DNA of 63,950 bases, the filler included, from Octopus bimaculoides (Eukaryota): the NCBI RefSeq assembly GCF_001194135.2. It is 5 parts of 5 records of this genome, joined end to end, with 100 filler letters (N's around TTAATTAATTAA, not from the genome) between each part and the next. Parts side by side here need not be neighbours in the genome. Positions count along the whole stretch, not along the records: positions 1 to 31,801 come from NC_068993.1; positions 31,902 to 55,275 come from NC_068997.1; 3 more parts are not named here. One strand, given 5' to 3'. A program made the translations under genes and the position numbers. The notes under the pieces are model-generated. The model ran no database searches, had not been told where the DNA came from, and saw only the letters and a program-made list of their open reading frames with translations. Position 1 is the stretch's first letter, and each line of letters starts with the position of its first letter. This document shows, piece by piece, positions 25,123-38,749 of the stretch.

Positions 25123-26879
25123 GTACAGTTTGTATGTGTGTGCATACACACACACATACGCACGCGCACACACACACACACACACATACACGTATATATT
25201 TGTGTGAATAAAAGCCTGGTACACTCTACACATTTCAATTTTATAGTGAGATATTTTTCATTGAAAAGTGCTCTTTAAAAATAATCAAAAACTAATTAGC
25301 ACTATGACAACAATATTTATGTAAGAGAAATACACACACACACACACACACACTCACACACACACCCATCAAACAAATTGGTGCCTATTCTTACAAAGTG
25401 CAGAGGTGTGGAATTTATGATGTATGATTTTTAAGATGACAGTTTTTAGTAAAAATATATTTTATAACCATATTGTAAATAAAATATCCCTTAGAACTTC
25501 ATTGTATCTCTTGAATAGAGATACCACAATATAAAAACAATGATGTTTTTGTCAGAATATACACTACATTCTGTAGCTACTAATTAAAACAGCAGCTTCT
25601 GTATTCTTTAATTAGTTATAACGAACATGTCATTAAAATATATGAATGATATTGTTTGATAGTGTGTACTGGTGATACTAAACTGTCACTGAGTACATAA
25701 AGCTTAGAAGGAATATCATGTATAATGTAACTATCTGATAGTTATGCACTGGGGTCGATGTAATCGACTTAATCTCTTTGTCTGTCCTTGTTTGTCCCTT
25801 CTATGTTTAGCCCTTTGTGGGCAATAAAGAAATAAGAAACGTTAGCACGCCGGGCGAAATGCTTAGTGGTATTTCATCTGTCTTTATGTTCAGAGTTCAA
25901 ATTCCGACAAGGTCGACTTTGCCTTTCATCTTGTCAGGGTCGATAAATTAAGTACTAATTGCATACTGAGATTGATCTAATTAACTGGCCCCCTCCCCCA
26001 AAATTTCGGGCCTTGTGCCTAGAGTAGAAAAAAATATGTGAGTGTTTTATAAGGCTGCAAGCTGGCAGAAACGTTAGCAGTATTTCGTTTGTCTTTAGGT
26101 TCTGAGTTCAAATTCTGCCAAGGTTGACTTTGCTTTTCATCCTTTTGGGGTCAATAAATTAAGTACCAGTTGCGTACTGGGGTCGATCAAATCGACTGGC
26201 TCCCTCCCCCCAAATTTCGGGCCTTGTGCTCAGAGTGGAAAAGAATATGTGAGTGCTTGTTTACATTTGCGCTTGATGTTGTTGTCATTTTGCATTCAGC
26301 AAATTGTCCGATGGCTTTGTGCTTTCAAAGATGCATGGAATAAAAGATACCTTTCTTGAAAAAAAAAAAACAGTTAAGGATTAGTGACAGGAAGAGCATT
26401 CACCTGCAAAACAATATCTCAGCAATGTATTCACTTAATTCATTCTAGCATAGAACAGTTGACAGAAGAACAAATGAACAAACAAACTGGCTCGAGGGAC
26501 ATTGTCTCTGGCAGGACTAAATCGTCCCCTTTACTCTAAATTACCTCCCCACCCCTACCACTGGTTCCGTCCATGAATATTTATTAAATATAGTCACTTC
26601 TGTTATGTTGTGTCTGTTAGTTTTATGAAGAATCTTGGACAAATTCCAGTTTTGAAACTTCTGGTTTCAAAATTATGTAAAGATAATGGTACCTAAATTA
26701 AACCTTATTAGCAACTCGATTCTAGCAAATTCCATTGATAAGGAATGGTATATTGTTCTGCTAGAATTTACTGCTGGCATATACACATCCTGGAAGCTCT
26801 TTTTACCCAGAATTCATTCTATACTTTATGTGTTTCATACAGATGCATATATGCTCACATAAATATATGCACTCATGTA

Positions 26880-27350
26880 AATGTATGTGTGTAGATACAC
26901 ATTATTATATTGGTACACGCGCATAAATATATATACACACATATCTACTCATGTACATGCATGTAAATGTATTGTTATTCACATGCACACACATGTAAAT
27001 GTACTATTATACATGCACATTTTAAGTGTGTGTGTGTACTTATATATGTATATGTGTATGTGTGTGTTTACATATATATGTATATATACCTATCTATATA
27101 TATGTGTGTGTGTGTGTATGTGTGTACATATATATGTATATCTATATATATATCTATATATGTGTGTGTGTGTGTGTACATATGTGTATGTATATATATA
27201 TATCTATATATATGTAAGTGTGTGCACATATATATGTATATATATCTATCTATATCTCTCGCTATATGTGTGTGTGTATACATATATATATGTATATATA
27301 TCTATTTATAACTGTATATATGTGTGTATGTGTATGTATATATATAATGT
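26880..27350. repeat. Compound (TA)n/(TG)n microsatellite; similar tracts throughout (e.g. 1-80, 2440-2520, 15165-15440, 18440-19500, 38680-38770, 48360-48570, 63590-63950)
   Basis: Direct inspection; many N gaps are bounded by (TA)n on both sides. Confidence 0.95.
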
Positions 27351-27991
27351 AACATTCACGTACAAATGTATATAGATCTGCACATGCATTTTGTACCAGA
27401 TACGTACATACACACACACATACACAGTCGTGTGTATAGTGTTTATAATTTCTGTTTCAATTCCTCTGCCCGGATGTTGTTTAAATTATGCGATTTGTCT
27501 TTCATTCTCTGTAACAACAACAACAACAATAATAATAATAATTATGGTAATGTTGCTGCAGCTAATATTGCCTCTGACGGTGATGATAATGATGATGATG
27601 ATGATGATGATGATTACTATCATCATCACCATCATCATCAACTTAACAGTGCTGGCTCTTAAATATATTGCAACCTGCCCTTTATTGACATAAACTAGGT
27701 GAAAATTGACTGGAGAATGCCAATATTTAAACTTTTGGTTTGGGAATCAGCCAACAGGACCACAACTGCAACAACACCATCATCAACACCACAAGAAATT
27801 CTTTTTTTTTTTGTTTTGTTTTTATATGACTACTATCACTATCATCATCATCATCACTACTGAACTGCCATCAATGCCACCACCACCACTACTACTACTA
27901 CTACTACAGAAAACAGCAATTAATATCGTGTCACCATAACTACTACTATCACCAACATAACAACCACCACCACCACTACTACTACTACTAT

Positions 27992-28023
<32 letters not shown>

Positions 28024-28658
28024 AACCACTTAAATTACTACTTCTACTGTCCCTAGTCACCTGCTACTTTTCCAACTACTACTATTACCACTCCCTCTAT
28101 AAACACTACTACTGCTGCTGCTGCTATCACCACTGGAACCTTAAACCATCGATAGAGCCTCTACGTGGTTGCTTGACTTGCTAGAATAAAAGGCAACCAT
28201 GTCTCCCTCATATTACATTCTTCTGTTTTAGAAACAAAGGACGCTTTGGTTAACATGGTCCTGGGTCCAAGGCACTTCAGAATATGAAGAGGTGGTCCTG
28301 GTTAGATCTGTTTGCTCAGGACTCATCTGGGGCTAACCAATAACAATAACAACCTCTCTTGTATAACCAGAGCCTTGCAGAGAAATCTGGCAACATGGAA
28401 TGAAACTGCATCCAGGCCATGATAGAGAGGGGCGGCTGTTTTCTAAAACTGAATAAAGAAGCTAGATAATTATGTAAGAAGAGAGACAAAATGTCTTCAG
28501 GCTCAAATTCAGATTTATTAGAGAAACTCACAGAAAAAGAAATCCTTATAATAATTAAGAATTGTCTGGGTACCATCTTGTAAAGGGATCTCTAGTACTC
28601 GTTTTTTGCTTTTTAGAGCATGATTCATAATCTAATTATTAAAAATTACAATAAATAT

Positions 28659-29019
28659 TGGAGGCGCAATGGCCCAGTGGTTAGGGCAGCGGACTCACGG
28701 TCATAGAAACGCGGTTTCGATTCCCAGACCGGGCATTGTGAGTGTTTATTGAGCAAAAATACCTAAAGCTCCACGAGGCTCCGGCAGGAGATGGTGGCGA
28801 ACTCTGCTGTACTCTTTCACCACAACTTTCTCTCACTCTCACTTCCTGTTTCTGTTGTGCCTGTAATTCAAAGGGTCAGCCTTGTCACGCTGAATACACG
28901 TTAAGGGTACACGTGTCTGTGGAGTGCTCAGCCACTTGCACGTTGATTTCACGAGCAGGCTGTTCTGTTGATTAGATCAACTGGAACCCTCGACGTCGTA
29001 AGCGACGGAGTGCCAACAC
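28659..29019 (+). mobile_element. Full-length tRNA-derived SINE
   Basis: A box TGGCCCAGTGG (28670-28680), B box GGTTTCGATTCC (28713-28724), 11-bp TSD ACAATAAATAT (28648-28658 / 29020-29030). Confidence 0.85.
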
Positions 29020-29634
29020 ACAATAAATATATATAGGCACAGGTGTGGTTATTTGATGAGAAGTTTGCTTCCCAACCACATGGTTCCAGGTTCAGCCCCA
29101 ATGAGTAGCCCCTTGGGAAAGTGTCTACTAAAGCTTTGTGTGTAGATTTGGTTGACAGAGAAACCTATTGTACATGTGTGTGTGTGTGTGTGTGTGAGGT
29201 ACTACAGCTTGACATCTGGTGTTGGTGTGTTTACGTCCCCGTAACATGGTGGTTCGACAAAGATATGAATAACAAGCTGAAAGAAAGAAAATACTGGTGT
29301 TGATTCGTTCGACTAAAGATTCTTCAAGGCGGTGCCCCAGCATGGCCGCAGTCAAATGACTGAGACAAGAAAAAATTAAATAAGTAGTAAATAAATAAAT
29401 AAATGAATAAATAAAAATAATCACGGGACTCGCCATTCTTTTTCAAACAGAAATTCCTCTTTGATGTTTGCTCAGCCAAAAAATTTGTTTCCAAATAAAA
29501 CAAGATCAAAATAAATATGTATTGAGGTGGAATCTTACTAAGACCCATTGAACCATTCCAGAATGAAGCAATCAATTATTTTAATCTGATAATTCCGTCA
29601 GAAGAGATAAATGAAGTATCATATCACCACTTAC

Positions 29635-29763
29635 CAAACGTTGGATATTTTGTAGTAGAAAACAACTACAAAAAGAACTGCAATTCTCTGCCATTTTGTT
29701 AAATTCTTCGAGTACTCTTTGCCAGATTGAATCTGCTTGGGACAGAATCGCGCTAAATGGAAT
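29635..29763 (-). other. Candidate exon of an unannotated minus-strand transcript (129 nt)
   Basis: ttcttgtatctttattag|ATT...TTG|gtaagtg; two frames open (IPFSAILSQADSIWQRVLEEFNKMAENCSSFCSCFLLQNIQRL or FHLARFCPKQIQSGKEYSKNLTKWQRIAVLFVVVFYYKISNV); no homology recognised. Confidence 0.45.
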
Positions 29764-31270
29764 CTAATAAAGATACAAGAATTTTCATTTGTTTAATGAA
29801 TTATTTTGATGGCTTCTATCCCGAGATACAAACAACTAAAAAAAAGTATTGGAAACATTCTATAGTTGTAGTCAGAATTGTGTGATTAAAAAATGTAATG
29901 TGTGAAATAAAAACAAAACAGATAACGTTATATATGTACCAGTTAAAAAAAATATATATTTTGTACTACAGGGTGCCGCAACCCCCCCCCCCCCAACTCA
30001 CCATTCTTGATTAACATTTCAACAGCAAGCACATACTGTACAGTTCAAATAATGATGACAATTAAAAGAAAAACGATGACACATTATATGAAGATACTTA
30101 GAACAGCACCATTAGCCATTTAGAATATAGGATATTTTCTCTGTTATGGATTGGTGCCGTTTTTGTCAACTCCGAAAGAATGAAAAGCAAAGCTGTCTTC
30201 AGAGCGATTTGAATTCAGAACTCCGAGTTTCGGAACAATTACCGCAGGATATTTCATTAGACACTTTAACCACGCTAACAATTCACTGCTTCTTTGTAGT
30301 TGGACACAATCGAGTTGTATTTGTACTCGACTTGTATATTTAGGCTGGCACAAATTCACAAAGAACGATATTTAGATGTATGTATGGTTGGACAAATAGA
30401 CAGCTGCATGAATGGATGGATGAATTGACAGACATAAACGTATAAATAGGCAGATAAATAAAGACAGACTAACAAATAGACAGATAAAGAAATAGTCAGA
30501 TAGATAGATAAACGAGTAGATATACACGCACGTCTATGAATGTGTGTATGCATGTGTGTGAAATATTGCAGCACTGGAATATATTTACATAAATATATTT
30601 GTTATTGCGTAAATCTCTAACATCAAATATCAACTGCTGTTCAGTTGGAAGATGTTCAAAGTGAATTAATCTTCGTAGGAATGGATGGATTTCAAATCAA
30701 ATGACCGTTCACTTGACCACTTCTTTGTGCGGAAGAAATTTTCCTGTTAAGCCAATCCTCGTTTATGATTTTTTTTTCCCCAATGCCTTTCATTTCAACT
30801 CATTTCTCGACTGTTTATTCAGTTTTACGTTGAAAGCAGGTTTGCAAATATCAATTCTAAGTCTTTTATTTGAAATTGTTAGCATTTATATAATTTCCAT
30901 AACCCCTACCGTGGCTATTCGACTTTTGCGTGTTGTATGTTAGAAATATTTACCGGTGTATAAGAAGAACTTGTTTTTAAATCTATCCCAAAATTGGCAT
31001 GCGTCTAATGTGGCCGTACCGCAGGTACCAGGCCAAATACCGTATGCTAGAGAGCCGGGTGAACATAAGTTCCGTCAGGTACAATGATTATCAATAATAA
31101 GAAAAATATTTTCTACTCTACGTACAAGGCCCGAAATTTTGGGGAGTGAGACAGGCATAAGATAAGCTATGCTGTTGATCTAAAAGAGACTTATACGTCT
31201 TCCCTTACAAAACCACTTCAGAATATCTTTCATTATGTATGATGAAACAAATCTGCTTTTTTTTAAAGTA

Positions 31271-31302
31271 GGGGTGCATCTTATACCTCGACAAAATACG
31301 GT
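31271..31302 (-). mobile_element. Isolated Tc1/mariner-pogo (Tc2-like) terminal repeat
   Basis: Reverse complement ACCGTATTTTGTCGAGGTATAAGATGCACCCC resembles the CCGTATTT...TATAAGACGCAC TIR type; partner TIR not found. Confidence 0.35.
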
Positions 31303-31764
31303 GTAATATTGACGCATGCACAGTGGATAATCCTCTGACTTATTTCGATTATTCTTTTTAAATTTGCGCGTTTGTTAAATTGGCTCATTAGCGTTGTTGA
31401 GGTTTAAGATATGAATTCGTTTTCATGGCGGCGCTTGGAAAATAGCTCTGATCATGAGGTTTAAGGAATTTGATGTAGTTTTCTGTCATCACATTGTCTA
31501 CAGAAATTTGTGCTGCAGTGTAGTTGTTGCCGAAGTGCAATATAGAGTAAGTGATGCGAAAGTTGTTAATATTGTAACGTTTCAAGAAATATATTGATAT
31601 CCAGATATCCAGGGAGGATGAAGTGAAGTGTGCTCAAGCATCGTCGTGTGTGTATAAGAATATATATATATGAGTAAATATAAGTGTATATAAATATATA
31701 GATATATGTATATATATGAATATGTATGTATATATATATGAATATAATTATATATGTATGTATG

Positions 31765-31801
<37 letters not shown>

Positions 31802-31901
31802 NNNNNNNNNNNNNNNNNNNNNNNNNNNNNNNNNNNNNNNNNNNNTTAATTAATTAANNNNNNNNNNNNNNNNNNNNNNNNNNNNNNNNNNNNNNNNNNN
31901 N
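31802..31901. other. Artificial scaffold join (44 N + TTAATTAATTAA + 44 N); also at 55276-55375, 60552-60651, 62668-62767
   Basis: Four identical 100-bp constructs; the linker contains stop codons in all six frames. Confidence 0.95.
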
Positions 31902-32593
31902 CTCTCTCTCTAACTCTCTCTCTCTAACTCTCTCTCTCTAACTCTCTCTCTCTAACTCTCTCTCTGTCTCTCTGTCTCTCTCTCTAGCTCCCACTCTAGT
32001 GCTCTCTCTCTCTCTCTCTCTTATCATTAATCTCCCTCTCTCTCGCTCTGATTTTCACTTTCTATAGTCTCTCTCTCTCACTCTCTCTCTCATTCTGACT
32101 CTTCGTCTATCTGTCTGCCTGTCTGTCTCATTCTCTGATTCCTTTCTTCATTCTTCTCTATCATTATCAATTCCCCCCCCCATTACTCTCTCTTTCTCCT
32201 TATATCTTTCCCGTCTCCCTCACCCTCACAATATCTTTCTGATTCTCTCTGCTTCTCACCCTCATTCTATCGCTTATTTTCCCTTCATCCCTTCTTTCCT
32301 TGTCTCTGTCTCTGCTTTCCTGTCTCTGTCTCTGCCTCTGTCTCTCTGTCTCTGTCTCTCAGCCTCTCTCAATTTCTTTCAATCTCTTTTCTTTCGGATC
32401 CCATCTCACGCATCACTTTCTCTTTCTCTCTGTTCTCTCTTTCTTCCTATCTCTTTTTTCTTTTCTTTGTTTGCCAGGCAATCCCCCTCTCCCCTTTGAG
32501 ACCCTCTCTCTGTCTCTGTCTCTCTCTTTTTAATTCTAACACTTCTTATCTATCACTTATTTCCAATCCTCCATCTCTCTCTCTCTCTCCCAC

Positions 32594-32631
<38 letters not shown>

Positions 32632-33213
32632 ATCTCCCATACTCTTTACTTTTTAACCTCTCTTTCTCTTTGTTTCTTTATGTTTCTTTGTCTTTCTCTT
32701 GTTTCATGTCCCTTTAATCTCCGTCTCTCTCTCTGTGTCTCTCTGTGTCTCTCTCTGTGTCTCTCTCTCTCTGTCTCTCTCTCTGTCTCTCTCTGTCTCT
32801 CTCTTTCTCTCTCTGTCTGTCTGTCTCTCTTTCTCTCTGCCCTCACTCGTTAGCTATCTCTTTTGTTCTTACTCTCTTTGTTTCACTCTTTCACATTCTC
32901 TGTCAAATATTATAAATAATTCTAACTCTCTGTCTCTCCTATCTCTTTATCTCACTCACTCTCTCTCTCTATCAAGTGTTATATATAGCTTTTACTCTCT
33001 CATTTTCTCTTTGTATTCTTGCTTGATTCCCCCTTCCCTTCTTTGTCTTGGAGGGTTCCATTAATGTATAACTGTTAACAAGGTGCTAATTATAAAGCCG
33101 GCTGTATCCTTCCGTATTGGAACAGTCCACATCTGATTTCTGATTCAGTTTGAAGATGAGCAATACCCCCCACCATTTTTACCCCTCTACACACTAATTC
33201 ACTAATTATCTAC

Positions 33214-33246
<33 letters not shown>

Positions 33247-33317
33247 GTATGTGTGCACACATATCTATATATCTATATATCTATATCTATCTTTATCTAT
33301 ATATAATTTCCTTTGTT

Positions 33318-33359
<42 letters not shown>

Positions 33360-33390
33360 TCTCCCTCTCCCTCTCTCTGTGTCTCTCTCT
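31902..33390 (+). repeat. ~1.5-kb (CT)n/(CTGT)n polypyrimidine tract with (TCTA)n
   Basis: Strand-biased C/T composition; CTCTCTCTCTAA-type units at the start. Confidence 0.9.
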
Positions 33391-33722
33391 GCATTACACT
33401 CATATTTTGATTGTAGTTGAGTAGAATGCGCAACCAATTGCTGAAAACGCGAATAAGCTTTGATTTTTAAAAAAAAATTGTTTTTATGATTTGTCTGAAG
33501 AAAGGGGCTACATTTATGACCTTTGTGAATTCATAGAAAATTTATGCCCCACTAATTTCCCCGCGAGTAAAGAATAACATTTTCTAGAGCGCTATCCCCT
33601 AATTCATATAAGTAACACTGATCACTTTTCAATAGATATCATGGATCATTGCATGGAATCGATATTCATATTTAGCATCGTCAGACACACAGACAGATAC
33701 ACACAAATATAAGAAAAACTAC

Positions 33723-33800
33723 AACAGCAATATTAGAGTACATAACAGCAATATTAGAGTACATAACAGCAATATTAGAGTACATAACAGCAATATTAGA
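33723..33800 (+). repeat. 21-bp tandem repeat (AACAGCAATATTAGAGTACAT) x ~3.7
   Basis: Perfect direct copies. Confidence 0.9.
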
Positions 33801-36457
33801 TATGTACTCTTACTTAAAACATTCAAGACCTTCGCTCATCGACACTTTTTCTCCACTGTTCGAGAACAGGGCTGTCTTTTAGCTCCCTGGTCTTGGATTG
33901 TCATCGATGCTTCTGTAACTTCATTTGGTCCTACGCGAACCAATTTTTACTTCTGAGGAGAGGTGGTCTGGCTTCTATCCTTTCTCAGTGTTTCTTGACC
34001 TTTTTTTAACCTTGCGTAACCCTTAAAATAAATTGCATGTCCCAAATACAAACAAAAAAAAAAATGAATATTTACCATGTCTTTCTCATATTTTTTTCAT
34101 CGTAGTTCACGTGGTAAATATAATAATAATAATAATAATAATAATGATGATGATGATGATGATGATGATAATAACAGCAGTAATAATAATAATAATAATA
34201 ATAATGATAATAATAATGATAATGATAATAATAATATGCATGAAATTAGCATTAGCTTATCTCACTCTCTCGCAGAACCTCTAAGAACCTTTTGCGGAAC
34301 CCCTAGGGTACCGGGGGATCCCGGTTGAGAAACACTGCTTTCAACTATTCAGCATTGGAGGTCTTGCCAAGAGATTGCGTTCCATTGGCAAAGCTCACTG
34401 GAGAACTGATCCACGCAAGCCACCACACCATAAAAAGTACTGGAATTTTAAATTTGTAGTAAACACAAATGACTACGGTATGTATTAGTCGGAGTGGAGT
34501 GGTGTCCTCATCTCCCTTTTTACTTTCACTACGTTTCGGTTACATATGCTCCGGCCTTTTTGATGTGCCTCGGGATTCACCTTAGTGTTTTGTCTGGGAA
34601 TTGAACTCAAAACCCGCTAGGTGACTGCACTGCATTTCAACGCCTTTATCCACCACGCTATGCCCGTAAAGCAGTGTCAGAGAGAATTTTTAAGGCTTAC
34701 AAAACTCCATTGTTGTCTTATGTCGGTTCCGTATCGCTTGGATGAAACAATTCTATATTTCTGAGACGAAGAATTTATATTATGTATTAGTCGGAGAGTG
34801 GAGGCACATGATCTCGTGGTTAGAGCAGCGGATGAGGACGATAATAATGATGGTGACTACAATGATGATGACGATGACGTCAAAGTTGATGATGATAATG
34901 TTGATGATGATGATGTAATGATGTGATGATGGTGATGATGACAACAATGACGACGTTGATGGTGATAATGATGATATTGATGAAGATATTGATGGTTGTG
35001 TTGGTGATGTTCATAGCAGTAGTTGTGAGGTGGTAAGGATGATGACGACGGCAATGCTGATGTGGTTTATGACGATGATTATGATGATGACGGCGATTAT
35101 GGAGGGAGGATATCAGACATATTCCTGACCAAACAAAAGTTGAATAATGATTTCGAAGAACAACAGAACTGCCACCCACCCCACTCATCAACCTCAGCAC
35201 AAAACATGCACCCATTATGCCACCACCACCAAAACCACCACCACCACCACCACCACCACTACCGCTGCCNNNNNNNNNNNNNNNNNNNNNNNNNNNNNNN
35301 NNNNNNNNNNNNNNNNNNNNNNNNNNNNNNNNNNNNNNNNNNNNNNNNNNNNNNNNNNNNNNNNNNNNNNNNNNNNNNNNNNNNNNNNNNNNNNNNNNNN
35401 NNNNNNNNNNNNNNNNNNNNNNNNNNNNNNNNNNNNNNNNNNNNNNNNNNNNNNNNNNNNNNNNNNNNNNNNNNNNNNNNNNNNNNNNNNNNNNNNNNNN
35501 NNNNNNNNNNNNNNNNNNNNNNNNNNNNNNNNNNNNNNNNNNNNNNNNNNNNNNNNNNNNNNNNNNNNNNNNNNNNNNNNNNNNNNNNNNNNNNNNNNNN
35601 NNNNNNNNNNNNNNNNNNNNNNNNNNNNNNNNNNNNNNNNNNNNNNNNNNNNNNNNNNNNNNNNNNNNNNNNNNNNNNNNNNNNNNNNNNNNNNNNNNNN
35701 NNNNNNNNNNNNNNNNNNNNNNNNNNNNNNNNNNNNNNNNNNNNNNNNNNNNNNNNNNNNNNNNNNNNNNNNNNNNNNNNNNNNNNNNNNNNNNNNNNNN
35801 NNNNNNNNNNNNNNNNNNNNNNNNNNNNNNNNNNNNNNNNNNNNNNNNNNNNNNNNNNNNNNNNNNNNNNNNNNNNNNNNNNNNNNNNNNNNNNNNNNNN
35901 NNNNNNNNNNNNNNNNNNNNNNNNNNNNNNNNNNNNNNNNNNNNNNNNNNNNNNNNNNNNNNNNNNNNNNNNNNNNNNNNNNNNNNNNNNNNNNNNNNNN
36001 NNNNNNNNNNNNNNNNNNNNNNNNNNNNNNNNNNNNNNNNNNNNNNNNNNNNNNNNNNNNCCTCGTCTTCTTTTTACCTTTGCCACGCTAACCTCTTTTG
36101 GAAACCTCTTGTTTTTCTTCGCGTCTTAAAAGGGAAAGATTATCAAAGAAGTTATTCTGTTGGAGTCTGACATTATCCACACAACAACCATCACCCGTCA
36201 CCCGACTTTCTTGCCCTCAAAGCCACCACCACCACCACCACCACAACCACTACTTCTCTCCCCACCACTTCCTACCGTTGACGCCCCCTCACCTACTCCC
36301 GCTGCATATTTTGATAGGGTCTGCTATTAGTGTTCCCTTTCATTACAGGCCTTTGGTCTTAGGAGCTGTTTTAAATTGCCCAATTACCACACGATTCTGG
36401 CATTCATTTCATCACAACGAGACGCGTAGTAAGTATTTCTCTCCTTCACTCTTTCAT

Positions 36458-36490
<33 letters not shown>

Positions 36491-38680
36491 TTCTTATCAT
36501 CATCATCACCGTCATCATTATCATCCCCGACGTCTTCATCGTCGTTGTCGTCGTGGTCGTCGTGGTCATCGCCATCGTCATCATCATCGTCATCATCAGT
36601 ACCACTATCTTCAGCACCGCCACAACCACCATCTTCATCATCCCTAATTTATTAATTCTGTCTTCTTTCTCTGCTTGCTCTTCTTTCATATTGTTTCTTC
36701 TTTGATTAATTACTTACACTTCTCCACCTCCACATCTCTCTCTTTCTCTCTCTCTCTCTCTATCTATCTACCTTCATCTCTTTCTCTCCCTTATTATCGT
36801 CTTTTCATTCAAATCTCCGAAGTGAGGTCAGCTTGACATGTGAAATATATAATTATTCTACTAGTTTCAGTCAATGGACTGCGGATATCCTGGAAAACAG
36901 TTTTCAGGGGCTTAAATCGATCAGATCAACCTCCCTAGGACTTATTTCAACCTGGTATAATTTTTCCGATTTCTATTTGTTGAGCGAAATTTTAATAAAT
37001 TAAGAATGTGTCGTACAGCATTTTCATCCAAATTCATGTTTCTGACCCCTTACAGTTATTTTCTCTTAGCTCCTTTCCTTTTCAAATATGCAAAATTTTA
37101 ATTAGCCTAGAACGTATTATTTTTAAGGTGAGCCTCGTTGATTGTTTCAACTTCCGCATGAATGAAAGGCGAAGTCAACTCGGCGCGATTTCCACACCGA
37201 ACACAAAGGGACGTAAATAATTACTGCATGACACTTAAACCATCACTCTATTATTTCTACAACACGCTGCTGTATATTTAATATGGTACCAGAAAAAAAA
37301 AGAAGAAATAACTAACCTTTACTCTTGTAATCATGTCCTAATTATCGTCAAAAAATGGGGTCCAACGTGCTTTCAGTCATAATCTTTAGGAAGACAAATA
37401 ATTTGACTAAATAGTATAGCCAAAATTTATATAATGATCTCAGCTCAGAGAGTTCCAACGGAAATAAATATATCTATCTTTCCCTTACGAGTTAACAACT
37501 TTTGCATCAATATCAATATCACGTGACTGTCTATATATTTTAAGTTAGTTTTCTAGAGAACAAAGAAGCTACCAAGGTGTATATAAGATTAAATTACTTA
37601 NNNNNNNNNNNNNNNNNNNNNNNNNNNNNNNNNNNNNNNNNNNNNNNNNNNNNNNNNNNNNNNNNNNNNNNNNNNNNNNNNNNNNNNNNNNNNNNNNNNN
37701 NNNNNNNNNNNNNNNNNNNNNNNNNNNNNNNNNNNNNNNNNNNNNNNNNNNNNNNNNNNNNNNNNNNNNNNNNNNNNNNNNNNNNNNNNNNNNNNNNNNN
37801 NNNNNNNNNNNNNNNNNNNNNNNNNNNNNNNNNNNNNNNNNNNNNNNNNNNNNNNNNNNNNNNNNNNNNNNNNNNNNNNNNNNNNNNNNNNNNNNNNNNN
37901 NNNNNNNNNNNNNNNNNNNNNNNNNNNNNNNNNNNNNNNNNNNNNNNNNNNNNTAATAATAATAATAATATTAGGGACAAAATCCAAAATTACAGGTAAA
38001 AACCCAATTAAAATCAATTTATAAAAAATTAAAATTAAATTGAGCCTTATAGATAAAGTATATATAAATATATAGTTTTAGCTTGAAAATTGGTTATTTC
38101 CCTAAAACTATATATATATATATATATACCAAATCCACTCACAAGGCTTTAGTCGGCCCGAGGTTATAGTAGAAGACACTTGTTCAAGGTGCCACGCAGT
38201 GGGACTGAAGCCGGAACCATGCGGTTGGTAAGCAAGCTACTTACCACACAGCCACTCCAGCGCCTATAATTATAGAAGAATTATTTAAAACAATAGTGTA
38301 TATGTCTTTCTAGTGTTTACAATGACTCTAGACTCTACCAAGATGCAACTGTATTTTTAAATTTTTTTCTCTTTTATTTATTTCCTTGCATTTTCTTGTT
38401 TTTGCGTATTTTTTTTCTATGCGATTTGCAGTGCAATTTGAACATCCTTATTAATTTAGTTTATTTGCTGCAGTGTTGTTGTAATAAACTTTAACCTTTG
38501 ATGTATAATGTTCATAACTTGTTCAACTATGACATTATACATTTATGGCTTGTAATCTGTAATTAGTCATTAAGTTACCAGTTTCACTCAACTCATTCTT
38601 ATGAGATATCTACAAAAAAAAACAACAACAAAAAAAAACAAGAAATATATATAAATACAAGACTATAAAAACATCTCTCA

Positions 38681-38749
<69 letters not shown>

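Noticed and set aside
28316-28576. 86-aa minus-strand ORF as an exon of the candidate antisense gene
   Set aside because: Multiple ambiguous acceptors, weak donors, no homology.
28660-28735. Apparent tRNA gene (also 14553-14630, 52758-52830, 43335-43390)
   Set aside because: No complete cloverleaf; continues into a SINE body with a TSD.
31388-31585. 65-aa minus-strand ORF in unique DNA
   Set aside because: No ATG start, no convincing acceptor, no recognisable homology.
33813-34022. Minus-strand exon-like segment (ttttaag|GGT...TAA|gtaag)
   Set aside because: Stops in all frames, no partner exons, no homology; could only be non-coding.
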